Translations under genes and position numbers: made by a program
Sequence record: MT446388.1
Length of the DNA: 64,000 bases
DNA from: Escherichia virus TH10
Strand: one strand, 5' to 3'
Notes under the pieces: generated by a model
Told to the model about the DNA's origin: nothing
The model's input: only the letters and a program-made list of their open reading frames with translations
Database searches by the model: none
Shown here: one piece after another, positions 1 to 18,083 of the stretch
Position numbering within the stretch: the stretch's first letter is position 1
Layout: each line of letters opens with the position of its first letter

Positions 1-416
1 TCGAAACACAAATTAATTTGACTGCTGAAAGTGACGGTAAGCGAACTGGTATTTTTATCCCTCAAGACCCAGGCGCTGCTGGTAAATCCTACGCAACATC
101 CCTCATCAGGAAACTTGCCGAGAAAGGTTATCGAGCAAGAGCTAAACCAACAAATAAAGACAAAGTTACCCGATTTGCGGGGTTTTCTGCTGCTTCTGAA
201 GCTGGACTTGTAAAAGTCTTGAGAGGTAGTTGGAACGAAGCTTACTTCCAAGAACTTGAAGGCTTTTGTGGTGATGGTAAAACTAAAGATGACCAAGTGG
301 ATGCTACCAGTGATGCTTTCAACAGTCTTAACGAAGTTAAATTATTCAAGCCACCATCAATGGGTGCTCACACAGACTTAGTGAGAGGAAACCCATATGA
401 GGGGCTTAGACGTTGA
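1..416 (+). CDS. terminase large subunit, C-terminal fragment (gene starts upstream of window)
   Basis: Frame open from window edge; sits immediately upstream of portal gene; acidic DDQVDA motif near C-terminus as in terminase nuclease domains. Confidence 0.5.
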   Translation, partial: ETQINLTAESDGKRTGIFIPQDPGAAGKSYATSLIRKLAEKGYRARAKPTNKDKVTRFAGFSAASEAGLVKVLRGSWNEAYFQELEGFCGDGKTKDDQVDATSDAFNSLNEVKLFKPPSMGAHTDLVRGNPYEGLRR

Positions 417-423
417 TAGCTAG

Positions 424-1899
424 GTGAGAAGAATGGCAGAAATTACAGAAACACAAGAAAGCTTACCACCATTTAGAATGGGTGAAGTAGGTTCTTTGGG
501 TCTGAAGGTTAAGAATGGAAGAATCTATGAAGAACCTCGTCAGGCACTAAGGTTCCCTGAAAGTATTAAAACTTTCCAATTAATGATGCGTGACCCTGCT
601 GTAGCAGCATCTGTAAATATTATCAAGATGTTTGTCAGAAAAGTCAACTGGAGATTCGTACCTCCAAAGGGAAAAGAGCAAGACCCTAAAATGCTTGAAA
701 GAGCAGACTTCTTTAATTCTTTAATGGATGACATGGAGCATGATTGGGCAGATTTTATTAACTCTGTAATGTCATTCTGCACTTATGGGTTCTGTGTTAA
801 CGAGAAAGTTTATAAGAAGCGACAGGGTAAAAAAGGAAAGTACCAGTCAAAATTTGATGATGGTCTCATTGGATGGGCTAAATTACCAATCAGAAACCAA
901 TCAACACTTGATAAGTGGTATTTTGACGAAGACTTTAGAAAAGTTACTGGTGTTAGACAGAATCTGAGAAATGTTTCACATATTGCTGGAGCAATTAATC
1001 TTGGAGAAAGACCGCTAACAAGAAAACTTCCACGAGCTAAATTCATGCTGTTTAAGTATGATGATGAATATGGAAACCCAGAAGGTCGTTCACCATTACT
1101 TAATGCCTATGTACCGTGGAAGTATAAAGTTCAGATTGAAGAGTACGAAGCTGTTGGTGTTTCAAGAGACTTGGTAGGTATGCCAAAAATTGGTTTACCA
1201 CCAGATTATCTGGATGAAAATGCAGAACCTGAAAAGAAAGCTTTCGTACAATACTGCAAAACTGTTGTTAACGATATGATTGCTAATGATAGAGCAGGTT
1301 TAATCTGGCCTAGATATATCGACCCAGATACTAAAGAGGATATTTTCGAGTTCTCATTAGTTTCTAGACAGGGTGCTAAAGCATACGATACAGGTTCTAT
1401 TATTGATAGATATTCCAAGCAGATTATGATGGCATTTATGTCAGATGTTCTTGCTATGGGTCAGTCAAAATATGGTTCATTCTCTCTTGCAGATTCTAAG
1501 ACAAGCTTACTAGCAATGTCAGTAGATATTCTGCTTAAGCAGATTAAGAACGTAATTAACCGTGATTTAGTTGCACAGACTTATGTTCTTAATATGTGGG
1601 ACGATGAAGAACATGTACAAATCACTTATGATGATATCGAAACTCCAGACCTTGAAGCAATTGGTTCTTATATCCAGAAGACTGTTGCAGTAGGTGCTTT
1701 GGAAGTTGACAAAGAGCTATCTAACAAGCTTAGAGAGCATATTGGTCTCCCTCCTGCTGATGAGTCTCAGCCAGTATCTGAAAAGCTTTCTCCAAATAGT
1801 CAAAGCCGTTCAGGAGATGGTTATAAGACCGCTGGAGAAGGTACTGCAAAGACACCTTCAGCGAAAGACCCAAGCACAGCAAATAAGGCAAATAAATAA
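424..1899 (+). CDS. portal protein (true start may be ATG at 433)
   Basis: 491-aa ORF directly after terminase and before prohead protease; size and position typical of portal. Confidence 0.6.
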   Translation: MRRMAEITETQESLPPFRMGEVGSLGLKVKNGRIYEEPRQALRFPESIKTFQLMMRDPAVAASVNIIKMFVRKVNWRFVPPKGKEQDPKMLERADFFNSLMDDMEHDWADFINSVMSFCTYGFCVNEKVYKKRQGKKGKYQSKFDDGLIGWAKLPIRNQSTLDKWYFDEDFRKVTGVRQNLRNVSHIAGAINLGERPLTRKLPRAKFMLFKYDDEYGNPEGRSPLLNAYVPWKYKVQIEEYEAVGVSRDLVGMPKIGLPPDYLDENAEPEKKAFVQYCKTVVNDMIANDRAGLIWPRYIDPDTKEDIFEFSLVSRQGAKAYDTGSIIDRYSKQIMMAFMSDVLAMGQSKYGSFSLADSKTSLLAMSVDILLKQIKNVINRDLVAQTYVLNMWDDEEHVQITYDDIETPDLEAIGSYIQKTVAVGALEVDKELSNKLREHIGLPPADESQPVSEKLSPNSQSRSGDGYKTAGEGTAKTPSAKDPSTANKANK

Positions 1900-2399
1900 T
1901 GGCTGAAGTTATCTCTATTTCAAATGCTACACGAGTGCATTCGTATAGAGGTGTTCTTATCATTACTGACAAATTATCTGTAGAGGCTGGCTCAAGGGTC
2001 AGCCTTTCAGGCTATGTAAGTGATGGTGGAACCTCTGACGTTTTCACTATTTGCAGGTTACTTGATGCTCCAATGAGTGGAAAACCGTTTATTTCAGGAA
2101 ATTGTAGTGAAATTGTTAAAATTCCATTTGACAGTTCATGCCTTTTGGGTGTAAAGTTATATAACTGCGAGAATAAACGTATCAATGTTAATAGCATTGA
2201 AGCTGCTTTCATTACCCTCGACACTGCATTTCAATCTCCAATGACAGTTAATAAAGAAACAAACAGACTTGAGTACATTTTTTCACAAAATGATTACAAA
2301 GTACTTGTCAAAGGTAAAGTATATGATATGATTGTAAATGTGGTAGATGAATCTGGTAACCATTCAACAGTCCTTAAACAAAAAGTAAGGTTTAATTAA
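1899..2399 (+). CDS. hypothetical head-module protein
   Basis: ORF in tight structural operon, start overlaps upstream stop. Confidence 0.45.
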   Translation: MAEVISISNATRVHSYRGVLIITDKLSVEAGSRVSLSGYVSDGGTSDVFTICRLLDAPMSGKPFISGNCSEIVKIPFDSSCLLGVKLYNCENKRINVNSIEAAFITLDTAFQSPMTVNKETNRLEYIFSQNDYKVLVKGKVYDMIVNVVDESGNHSTVLKQKVRFN

Positions 2400-2731
2400 T
2401 GGGAACATTAACTATTGATGGTAAGAATAAAATCCTCGCCACGCTAACCCCAACGACTATTATTTTACACAATGTAGACCCAACGGCAGACCCTACAGCA
2501 AATAAGGTTACTCAGCCAGTGGCTATTTATTTTTCTGAACCGGATAATGGCTTAATTACCTCAGAAGATACAGTTAATATTACTGTTCCAGCTTCTGCAA
2601 CGGTCTCACACTATAGCTTGTGGGATGCTAACGATAAATGCGTGGCAACTGGTGCTCTTAGCAAACCTCAATTCTTTGCTGAAGAAGGTATCTATGTTAT
2701 CTCTTCAGTCTCTGTAGATTTAAACAAATAG
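2399..2731 (+). CDS. hypothetical head-module protein
   Basis: ORF in structural operon with overlapping start/stop (TAATG). Confidence 0.45.
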   Translation: MGTLTIDGKNKILATLTPTTIILHNVDPTADPTANKVTQPVAIYFSEPDNGLITSEDTVNITVPASATVSHYSLWDANDKCVATGALSKPQFFAEEGIYVISSVSVDLNK

Positions 2732-2742
2732 GGTGAGTAAAA

Positions 2743-4089
2743 ATGAGTTCGAATATCTTCAGACTTGCTGATAGATTATTCAACCAACCTTTACTAGCCA
2801 CTGAATCATTAGCTCACTCAGCAGCAACTTATGTGAATAACAGATTGCTGGGTGATGTCCAAGCAGCAGTAAACTTTGATAAACCCAAAGGCGAAGCAAG
2901 AAGTCTTTTAAAAGTAAAAGATGACATTGCTATTATCCCTATTATGGGTGGTTTAACCCATCGTATGACATTCATTGATGCAATGTGTACAGGTGGATTA
3001 AGCTCTTATGAAGGTTTGCGTAGAGGCTTTGACGAAGCTTTAGCAGATGAGTCAATCAAGACTATTGTTCTGCACATCGATTCTGGTGGTGGTGAAGCTT
3101 CAGGTTGCTTTGAATTAGCACGTCACATTATGGCTTCAAGAGGCCAAAAGAAAATTATTGCCTATGTAGATGAGTTCGCTTGTTCCGCTGCATATGCTCT
3201 TGCATCTTCTGCTGAAGAAATTATTGCATCACCAGATGCAGATGTTGGTTCTATTGGTGTAATTATGGTTCATCAGGAATTAACTAAGGCATTTGAAAAG
3301 AATGGCGTAACAATTAACGTCATCAAAGCTGGTGAGTTTAAAGGTATGGGTTCACCATTCCAAGCACTCTCAGAAGAAAGCAAAGAAAGACTTCAAAAGA
3401 GAATTAATGATACCTACGCAACCTTTACAGGTTTTGTAGCCGAATCTCGTAATCTCTCTGAAGAAGCTGTAAAGAATACTGAGGCGAATGTTTATTCTGC
3501 TCAGGAAGCTCTTGAACTTGGTTTAATTAACTCAATCATGTCTCAAGATGATTTCTTAAATTACTTACAAGGTTCTGAAGAGGCTCCTGTAAGTTTAAAC
3601 GTTAACAATTCAGGTGAAGAAATGACTGAACAAGAAAAGCAAGAACTAGAAGCTTTGCGTCTTCAGGTTGCTCAAATGAAAGCTAAAGAACAGGAAGCTG
3701 CTTTGTCAGATTTGACTAATAAGATTTCTGCTTCTGCTGAAGCTTTTGGGTTTGATGCAAAAGAAGCTGCAACGACTATTTTAGGTGCTGGTCTTGATAA
3801 CCCTCTGAGCGTTCTGTTTATGAATGCTATGGAAGGTGCTAACCAGAAACTTAATGAAACTATCGCGTCCCATGCTTCTGCAATGGAAGAAAAAGAATCA
3901 GAAATTACCAAGCTGAAAGAAACTGCTGGTGCTGTTCTTGAACATTCCAACGCTATGGAAGAAATGGGTAATGACGGCGAAGCTGATTTGGTTGAAGAAG
4001 AAAAAGAACCAGCTAAGAATGCTTCCGAAGACACCGCTGAACAACGCAAACTGGCTCTCCAGAATGCTCTAAAATCTCTTATTAAATAA
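2743..4089 (+). CDS. prohead protease (S49/ClpP-like) fused to coiled-coil scaffold-like C-terminal domain
   Basis: IDSGGGEASG and SAAYALAS serine-peptidase motifs; C-terminal half Glu/Ala/Lys-rich helical repeats; lies between portal and capsid genes. Confidence 0.7.
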   Translation: MSSNIFRLADRLFNQPLLATESLAHSAATYVNNRLLGDVQAAVNFDKPKGEARSLLKVKDDIAIIPIMGGLTHRMTFIDAMCTGGLSSYEGLRRGFDEALADESIKTIVLHIDSGGGEASGCFELARHIMASRGQKKIIAYVDEFACSAAYALASSAEEIIASPDADVGSIGVIMVHQELTKAFEKNGVTINVIKAGEFKGMGSPFQALSEESKERLQKRINDTYATFTGFVAESRNLSEEAVKNTEANVYSAQEALELGLINSIMSQDDFLNYLQGSEEAPVSLNVNNSGEEMTEQEKQELEALRLQVAQMKAKEQEAALSDLTNKISASAEAFGFDAKEAATTILGAGLDNPLSVLFMNAMEGANQKLNETIASHASAMEEKESEITKLKETAGAVLEHSNAMEEMGNDGEADLVEEEKEPAKNASEDTAEQRKLALQNALKSLIK

Positions 4090-4100
4090 GGAACACAATA

Positions 4101-4478
4101 ATGGCATATGAAGGTTTTACTAAGCTAGGTAAAAGAGAACCTCTGAATGATATCATTCTTTGGGAACAGGTTACCCCAACAGGCCACTCTCGTAAAGAGT
4201 ACACTCCAGTTGCTTCAACAGAATACCGTGTAGGTGAAGTTCTGAAAGCAGATGGTACTAAAGTTGCAGCAGGGGAAGAAACTCAGGCTGATTCTGTATG
4301 TATCGTTAACTTTTATGCAGACCTGCAACTGTCTTACCACGGTCAGTTGAAAGTTGTTGGTATTTACCGCGACGCAGAACTAAAAGACCTGCTTACTCTT
4401 GAATCAGGTGTTGATGCTGCCGCAGTCAAGACAGCTCTGGCTGCTAAAGGTATCGATTTCGTACCAACTGGCCTGTAA
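4101..4478 (+). CDS. hypothetical head protein (decoration candidate)
   Basis: Small ORF between protease/scaffold and major capsid gene with highly-expressed-looking codon usage. Confidence 0.4.
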   Translation: MAYEGFTKLGKREPLNDIILWEQVTPTGHSRKEYTPVASTEYRVGEVLKADGTKVAAGEETQADSVCIVNFYADLQLSYHGQLKVVGIYRDAELKDLLTLESGVDAAAVKTALAAKGIDFVPTGL

Positions 4479-4511
4479 TAACAATAATAAGACATTCTGG
4501 AGAATTTTACA

Positions 4512-5615
4512 ATGTTGACTAATTCTGAAAAAAGCAGATTTTTCCTTGCTGACCTGACTGGTGAAGTCCAGTCTATCCCAAATACTTATGGGTATATTTC
4601 CAACTTAGGTCTGTTCCGTTCAGCACCAATCACCCAAACTACTTTCCTTATGGACTTGACTGATTGGGATGTTAGCTTGCTTGATGCGGTAGACCGTGAT
4701 AGCCGTAAAGCAGAGACTAGCGCACCTGAGCGTGTTCGTCAAATCAGCTTCCCAATGATGTACTTCAAAGAAGTTGAAAGCATCACTCCTGATGAAATTC
4801 AGGGTGTACGTCAGCCAGGCACTGCAAACGAACTGACTACTGAAGCTGTAGTACGTGCTAAGAAACTGATGAAGATTCGTACCAAGTTCGATATTACTCG
4901 TGAGTTCCTGTTTATGCAAGCTCTGAAGGGTAAAGTTGTTGATGCTCGTGGTACTCTGTATGCTGACCTGTACAAGCAGTTCGACGTTGAGAAGAAAACT
5001 GTTTACTTCGACCTTGACAACCCTAATGCTGACATCGACGCTTCTATTGAAGAACTGCGTATGCACATGGAAGACGAAGCTAAGACTGGCACTGTAATCA
5101 ACGGTGAAGAAATTCACGTAGTTGTTGACCGTGTATTCTTCAGCAAACTGGTTAAGCATCCTAAGATTCGTGACGCTTATCTTGCACAGCAGACCCCACT
5201 GGCTTGGCAACAGATTACTGGTTCTCTGAGAACTGGTGGTACTGATGGAGTTCAGGCTCACATGAACACCTTCTACTACGGTGGTGTTAAGTTTGTCCAG
5301 TACAACGGTAAGTTCAAAGACAAGCGTGGTAAGGTTCATACTCTGGTGAGCATTGATGGTGCTGGTGCAGAGGTTGGTGTAGGACACGCTTTCCCTAACG
5401 TTTCTATGCTTGGTGAAGCAAACAACATCTTCGAAGTGGCTTATGGCCCATGTCCTAAGATGGGTTACGCAAATACACTTGGTCAGGAACTATACGTATT
5501 CGAATACGAAAAAGACCGTGACGAAGGTATTGACTTTGAAGCTCACTCTTACATGCTGCCATACTGTACTCGTCCTCAGTTGCTGGTAGATGTTCGCGCT
5601 GACGCTCAAGGCTAA
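4512..5615 (+). CDS. major capsid protein
   Basis: 367-aa ORF after protease/scaffold; strongly biased codon usage (cgt/ctg/ggt/gct); RBS ggag upstream. Confidence 0.7.
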   Translation: MLTNSEKSRFFLADLTGEVQSIPNTYGYISNLGLFRSAPITQTTFLMDLTDWDVSLLDAVDRDSRKAETSAPERVRQISFPMMYFKEVESITPDEIQGVRQPGTANELTTEAVVRAKKLMKIRTKFDITREFLFMQALKGKVVDARGTLYADLYKQFDVEKKTVYFDLDNPNADIDASIEELRMHMEDEAKTGTVINGEEIHVVVDRVFFSKLVKHPKIRDAYLAQQTPLAWQQITGSLRTGGTDGVQAHMNTFYYGGVKFVQYNGKFKDKRGKVHTLVSIDGAGAEVGVGHAFPNVSMLGEANNIFEVAYGPCPKMGYANTLGQELYVFEYEKDRDEGIDFEAHSYMLPYCTRPQLLVDVRADAQG

Positions 5616-5636
5616 TATTCTTAAGGAGGGTTATGA

Positions 5637-6086
5637 ATGTGTTATACAGGCAACCCAGCCAATAACCCTCTTGATAGAGTAAGAATCCTCTGCACAGACA
5701 CCAATAATGATGAAATTCTTATTGAACAGTCTGTGCTAGAGTGGTTCTATCTAGAATCTGGAAAGGATGAAAAGAAAGCAGCCATCAAAGCTCTTAAATA
5801 TTTACTCTTTCAAGTAGCCAAGATGGGAGATGAGAAGGTTGGTGGTGTTTATTTACGTAACTCTTCCAGATTCAAATCTCTGAAAGCTGTTTATGACGAC
5901 CTTGTTAAAAGCTCTGTTTCAGGACTACCCTATGCAGGTGGTATTAATCAGTGTGACATTGATATGCGTCGTCAGAATCCTTGCTCTGTCAAGAAATACA
6001 CAGAATATGGTGATGCTGCCAGATACGAAGGCAGAGATTACTGCAACCGTGTTAATGGCGTATTTATTATCGAGCGAGATGAATAA
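5637..6086 (+). CDS. hypothetical structural protein (head-tail joining candidate)
   Basis: ORF with aggaggg RBS in structural operon. Confidence 0.45.
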   Translation: MCYTGNPANNPLDRVRILCTDTNNDEILIEQSVLEWFYLESGKDEKKAAIKALKYLLFQVAKMGDEKVGGVYLRNSSRFKSLKAVYDDLVKSSVSGLPYAGGINQCDIDMRRQNPCSVKKYTEYGDAARYEGRDYCNRVNGVFIIERDE

Positions 6087-6568
6087 TGGTTAAAAGGGTT
6101 ATTCACCCCGCTAGAGCAAAATTAGTCGGGGCTATGAAGAACTTGCAAACGGCTAATGCTCAAGTTGGGTATTTTCAAGAACAAGGTCAACATAGCTCTG
6201 GTTTTTCTTATCCTGCTTTAATGTATTTACAAGAGGTTATTGGGGTTCCTTCAGCTTCTGGTAAAGTATATCGTAGGTTGTTTGAAATCACTATGATGCT
6301 AAACAAACAGACCTTGTTAGAGCAGACTAAGAAGAATCTATATAAGCAACTTAGCAGTCTCAATACAGACCCTTCAAATACCTTAGAAGCATTTGCAAAG
6401 AATGCTCAAAAGGCAATTAAAAGAGGTTTTGGTAATTCTGCTATCCTCCCTCCTAACGCACCTTCCACAGTCAAGAAAAAAGGCTTTAATGCACCTCTTG
6501 TTGAGACAGGTGACTTAAGGGATAACCTTGCTTATAAAATTTCTACTAAGAAGGGTATTAAAAAATGA
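6086..6568 (+). CDS. hypothetical structural protein (head-tail connector candidate)
   Basis: Translationally coupled ORF in structural operon. Confidence 0.4.
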   Translation: MVKRVIHPARAKLVGAMKNLQTANAQVGYFQEQGQHSSGFSYPALMYLQEVIGVPSASGKVYRRLFEITMMLNKQTLLEQTKKNLYKQLSSLNTDPSNTLEAFAKNAQKAIKRGFGNSAILPPNAPSTVKKKGFNAPLVETGDLRDNLAYKISTKKGIKK

Positions 6569-6966
6569 GGCTCTTAAACAGACACAGCTTTGTAGTAAAG
6601 CGTAAAGTCTCTGAAGACGGTTATTATAATGATGATGGTGATTGGGTAGCTTCACAAGATATTGTTGAGGTTAACTGTAAAGGTAATATCCAGCCATACA
6701 TCAAAGGTTCTGTAAAGAATGGTACACAGATTGCTTTACCGGAAGGTATTAGGCTAACCGATACAAGAATCCTGTATACCACATATAAACTTAGAACTTC
6801 AGATGATGTAGAGTGGAATGAGTCTGACATTGTTATGATTGATGGTCATGAGTATGAAGTATTTATGACTATGGATTGGTCACAGCAATTAGCCCATACG
6901 TCCCATTATGAATATATCATTATTAGAAGGGATAAAATGAATGCAGTTAGAAACAGCAGAACTTGA
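6565..6966 (+). CDS. hypothetical structural protein
   Basis: Overlapping start/stop in structural operon. Confidence 0.4.
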   Translation: MRLLNRHSFVVKRKVSEDGYYNDDGDWVASQDIVEVNCKGNIQPYIKGSVKNGTQIALPEGIRLTDTRILYTTYKLRTSDDVEWNESDIVMIDGHEYEVFMTMDWSQQLAHTSHYEYIIIRRDKMNAVRNSRT

Positions 6967-7540
6967 AAAAGGTCTAGTTAGAACCTTAGTGGATGTTATT
7001 GGTCACAGACTAGCTCGTGATAAAAATAATAGGCCAAACGTAATTAGAGCTTACCCTTCTGATAACTCAAATGACAAAGGTTTAAAACCTGACCAGCCAT
7101 TTATTACCGTATATTGTCAAGATGCTGCAACACCTTATGGTTGGGTTCTTGATAAGTTTGTTGAGGATGATGTAGTTTGCTACAGAATTGCTTTTCAGAT
7201 TCCAGTGTTAATTACGGTGAATGGTAAAGGTGCTCACAGTATTATGCTTGAGCTTAAACAACGATTAGAGATGAGTTCAGTCAGAGATTTAATCCTTGAA
7301 GAAACAGGAGCTACAGTACTAGACACTGGAGCAATCCCTAATGATTACACTTATCTCAATACAGATTTCGAAAATTCTGCACCTCTTGTTGTAACTCTTG
7401 TAAAAAACTCAGTCCTGAAAGATGAACGTGGAAGTATTATTGAGCGTGTCATTGTTGATGGTGAGTTAGTTTATGAAGAAGGACAAGAGCCACCAGAATA
7501 TACTATCCATCTAGATGTAGACTCCAAAGGGGTAAAATAA
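6941..7540 (+). CDS. hypothetical structural protein (neck/tail completion candidate)
   Basis: ORF directly upstream of putative sheath gene. Confidence 0.4.
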   Translation: MQLETAELEKGLVRTLVDVIGHRLARDKNNRPNVIRAYPSDNSNDKGLKPDQPFITVYCQDAATPYGWVLDKFVEDDVVCYRIAFQIPVLITVNGKGAHSIMLELKQRLEMSSVRDLILEETGATVLDTGAIPNDYTYLNTDFENSAPLVVTLVKNSVLKDERGSIIERVIVDGELVYEEGQEPPEYTIHLDVDSKGVK

Positions 7541-8893
7541 ATGTGGAATCCAATTGTTAATGTAGATATTACATTGAACACCGCAGGAACTACAAGAGAA
7601 GGTTTTGGTTTGCCACTATTCTTAGCTTCAACAGATAACTTTGAAGAAAGAGTGCGTGGTTATACTTCCTTAACTGAAGTTGCTGAAGATTTCGATGAGA
7701 AGTCTGCTGCATATAAGGCTGCTAAACAACTTTGGAGTCAAACTCCTAAAGTAACTCAGCTTTATATTGGTAGACGTGCTATGCAGTACACTGTATCAAT
7801 TCCTGATGCCGTTACCGAAAGTACAGACTACTCAATTACTGTAGCTGTCGGTGGGGGAATGTCACAACCATTCCAGTACACCTCACAAGGTGAAGATACT
7901 GCCGAGAATGTATTACAACAGTTTAAAACACAGATTGAAGCTGACCAATCAATTAAAGATAAAGTTTCAGTCAATGTTACTGGTAGCAACGGTTCTGCCA
8001 CAATGATTATTACCAAAGCTGGTGATAATGATTTTGTGAAAGTAACAACCACAGCACAGACTGTGTATATTGCAAGCACAACTGCTGATACAGCATCAAC
8101 TGCTCTGGCAGCTATTGAAGCTTATTCTACCGACTGGTATTTCATTGCAGCAGAAGACAGAACTCAACAGTTTGTCTTAGCAATGGCTTCTGAAATTCAG
8201 GCTCGTAAAAAGATTTTCTTCACGGCTAACTCTGATGTAACAGCACTACAAGGGACAGAACTAGCTAGTGCAAATGATGTTCCAGCACAACTCTCTAAGG
8301 GTATGTACACCCGCACAGTTTGCTTGTGGCATCACACAGCAGCAGAAGACTATCCAGAGATGGCATACATTGCTTATGGTGCTCCATACGATGCAGGGTC
8401 AATTGCTTGGGGTAATGCTCAGTTGACTGGTGTAGCGGCTTCTCTACAGCCAGCTAATAAGAGACCTCTGACAAGTATTCAGAAGTCAGCTTTAGATGCG
8501 CGTCACTGTAACTTTATTGACCTTGATGGTGGTGTTCCAGTGGTTCGTAGAGGGATTACTTCTGGTGGGGAATGGATTGATATCATCCGTGGTGTTGACT
8601 GGCTAGAATCAGACCTGAAAACTTCTCTGAGAGACTTGCTAATTAACCAGAAGGGTGGTAAGATTACTTATGATGATACTGGTATTACCCGTATTCGTCA
8701 AGTCATTGAAACCTCTCTACAAAGAGCAGTCAACAGAAACTTCCTGTCATCTTACACAGTTAATGTTCCTAAAGCCTCTCAAGTTGCTTTGGCAGACAAG
8801 AAAGCTCGTATCCTGAAAGATGTTACCTTCGCAGGTATCTTAGCAGGGGCTATCTTGGATGTTGACTTGAAAGGTACAGTGGCTTACGAATAA
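7541..8893 (+). CDS. tail sheath protein (candidate)
   Basis: 450-aa ORF immediately upstream of small tube-sized ORF, chaperones and tape measure; order sheath-tube-chaperone-TMP typical of contractile tails. Confidence 0.5.
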   Translation: MWNPIVNVDITLNTAGTTREGFGLPLFLASTDNFEERVRGYTSLTEVAEDFDEKSAAYKAAKQLWSQTPKVTQLYIGRRAMQYTVSIPDAVTESTDYSITVAVGGGMSQPFQYTSQGEDTAENVLQQFKTQIEADQSIKDKVSVNVTGSNGSATMIITKAGDNDFVKVTTTAQTVYIASTTADTASTALAAIEAYSTDWYFIAAEDRTQQFVLAMASEIQARKKIFFTANSDVTALQGTELASANDVPAQLSKGMYTRTVCLWHHTAAEDYPEMAYIAYGAPYDAGSIAWGNAQLTGVAASLQPANKRPLTSIQKSALDARHCNFIDLDGGVPVVRRGITSGGEWIDIIRGVDWLESDLKTSLRDLLINQKGGKITYDDTGITRIRQVIETSLQRAVNRNFLSSYTVNVPKASQVALADKKARILKDVTFAGILAGAILDVDLKGTVAYE

Positions 8894-8908
8894 TAGAGGT
8901 AAATTGGA

Positions 8909-9355
8909 ATGGCTATGTATCAGCAATATTCCCCTAAAGACGTTGTATGTAGCTGGAATGGTATTGCCATTGAAGGCTTTGCCCCAGACTCATTTTTACG
9001 TCTACAGAGAACATCACCACTTGTGACACCAGTTGTTGGGGCAGGTGGTCAAGTTGCTCTGACAAGAAATGCAGACAAGACAGGTACTATTGAGATTGAG
9101 CTAATGCAGACTTCTCTCTCTAACCAGATGCTTTCTGCAATTCAAGCTAAACAAGACAACATGGAACTTGAAGAAGATATCTCTTCTAACTTCGTAATCT
9201 ACGACCCATCAGGCTCTGTTCTGGCAACTGGTATTAATGCTTGGTTGCAGGAATTACCACAGATTGAACTTGGGCGTGACCAGAACTCTAAAACTTGGAT
9301 TTTTGGTTGTGAGAAGCTAGACTACACTTCTACAATTCCAGCGTCAAGTGTTTAA
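8909..9355 (+). CDS. tail tube protein (candidate)
   Basis: 148-aa ORF after sheath candidate, followed by strong terminator. Confidence 0.5.
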   Translation: MAMYQQYSPKDVVCSWNGIAIEGFAPDSFLRLQRTSPLVTPVVGAGGQVALTRNADKTGTIEIELMQTSLSNQMLSAIQAKQDNMELEEDISSNFVIYDPSGSVLATGINAWLQELPQIELGRDQNSKTWIFGCEKLDYTSTIPASSV

Positions 9356-9367
9356 TAAATCCTATAA

Positions 9368-9408
9368 GGGGGAGACTTTAAAAGGTCTTCCCCTTTTTTG
9401 TTTCTTTT
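9368..9408 (+). terminator. rho-independent terminator after tube gene
   Basis: gggggagact/ggtcttcccc stem followed by ttttttgtttctttt. Confidence 0.6.
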
Positions 9409-9427
9409 AAAGTATTAAGGAATCACA

Positions 9428-9826
9428 ATGAAAACAGAATCTAGAGTAATTAATGGTAAGAAAGTAAATATCGTTCTGCTTGGGGCAAGAGATGGTATTA
9501 AGATGTCTATGAAGTTGGGTAAGATTGTTGTTCCAACCTTTGCACAGATGCTGTCAAGTCTGACTGATAAAGATAAGAAAGAAGCTCCAATGGTTCCATT
9601 TAAAGAACTTGTTGAAGCTTGTTTTGACAGAATTGAAGAAATTAACCTTGAAGAAATGGCTACCCTGTTATTTCAAGGGGCAACTGTTGATGACTTCCCA
9701 CTTAATATTGATACATACTTCCAAGCAAACTATGGTGAGTTTATTGATTACTTAGCATTTGCGCTGGAGGCAAACTTCGGAAGTTTTTTCGAAGCAAGCA
9801 TTTTCAAAAGCCTAACTTCTCAGTAA
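9428..9826 (+). CDS. tail assembly chaperone (candidate)
   Basis: Acidic 132-aa ORF immediately upstream of tape measure. Confidence 0.4.
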   Translation: MKTESRVINGKKVNIVLLGARDGIKMSMKLGKIVVPTFAQMLSSLTDKDKKEAPMVPFKELVEACFDRIEEINLEEMATLLFQGATVDDFPLNIDTYFQANYGEFIDYLAFALEANFGSFFEASIFKSLTSQ

Positions 9827-9828
9827 AC

Positions 9829-10067
9829 ATGGGTAATACTCTACAGACACCACTGACTGATGCTGCTGTAGAGGCAACCTATGAAGAAGCAGACGAGATG
9901 AAATTTGTGCTTGCTATTTATGGTATGGAAGGGTGTAAAGAAACACTTGACCAACTCTTTGCTATGACATTCTCTGATTTATTATCATTGAGACAATTTC
10001 TTGAAATTCAGAGGTCGTATAAAGAGGAAATTGCTTACAACGAACTTAGAAGAGCAGGAAAAATGTA

Positions 10068-10068
<1 letters not shown>
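9829..10068 (+). CDS. tail assembly chaperone partner (candidate)
   Basis: 79-aa ORF between chaperone and tape measure; stop overlaps TMP start (ATGTAATG). Confidence 0.35.
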
Positions 10069-18081
<8,013 letters not shown>

Positions 18082-18083
18082 TA

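Noticed and set aside
4620-5387. 255-aa ORF on the minus strand inside the major capsid gene, and similar antisense ORFs inside portal, protease, polymerase, helicase and NAMPT genes (for example 540..782, 3672..4049, 32299..32703, 54730..55257)
   Set aside because: Fully embedded antisense to strongly supported genes, low-complexity Ser/Leu/Cys-rich translations, no RBS; typical shadow ORFs.
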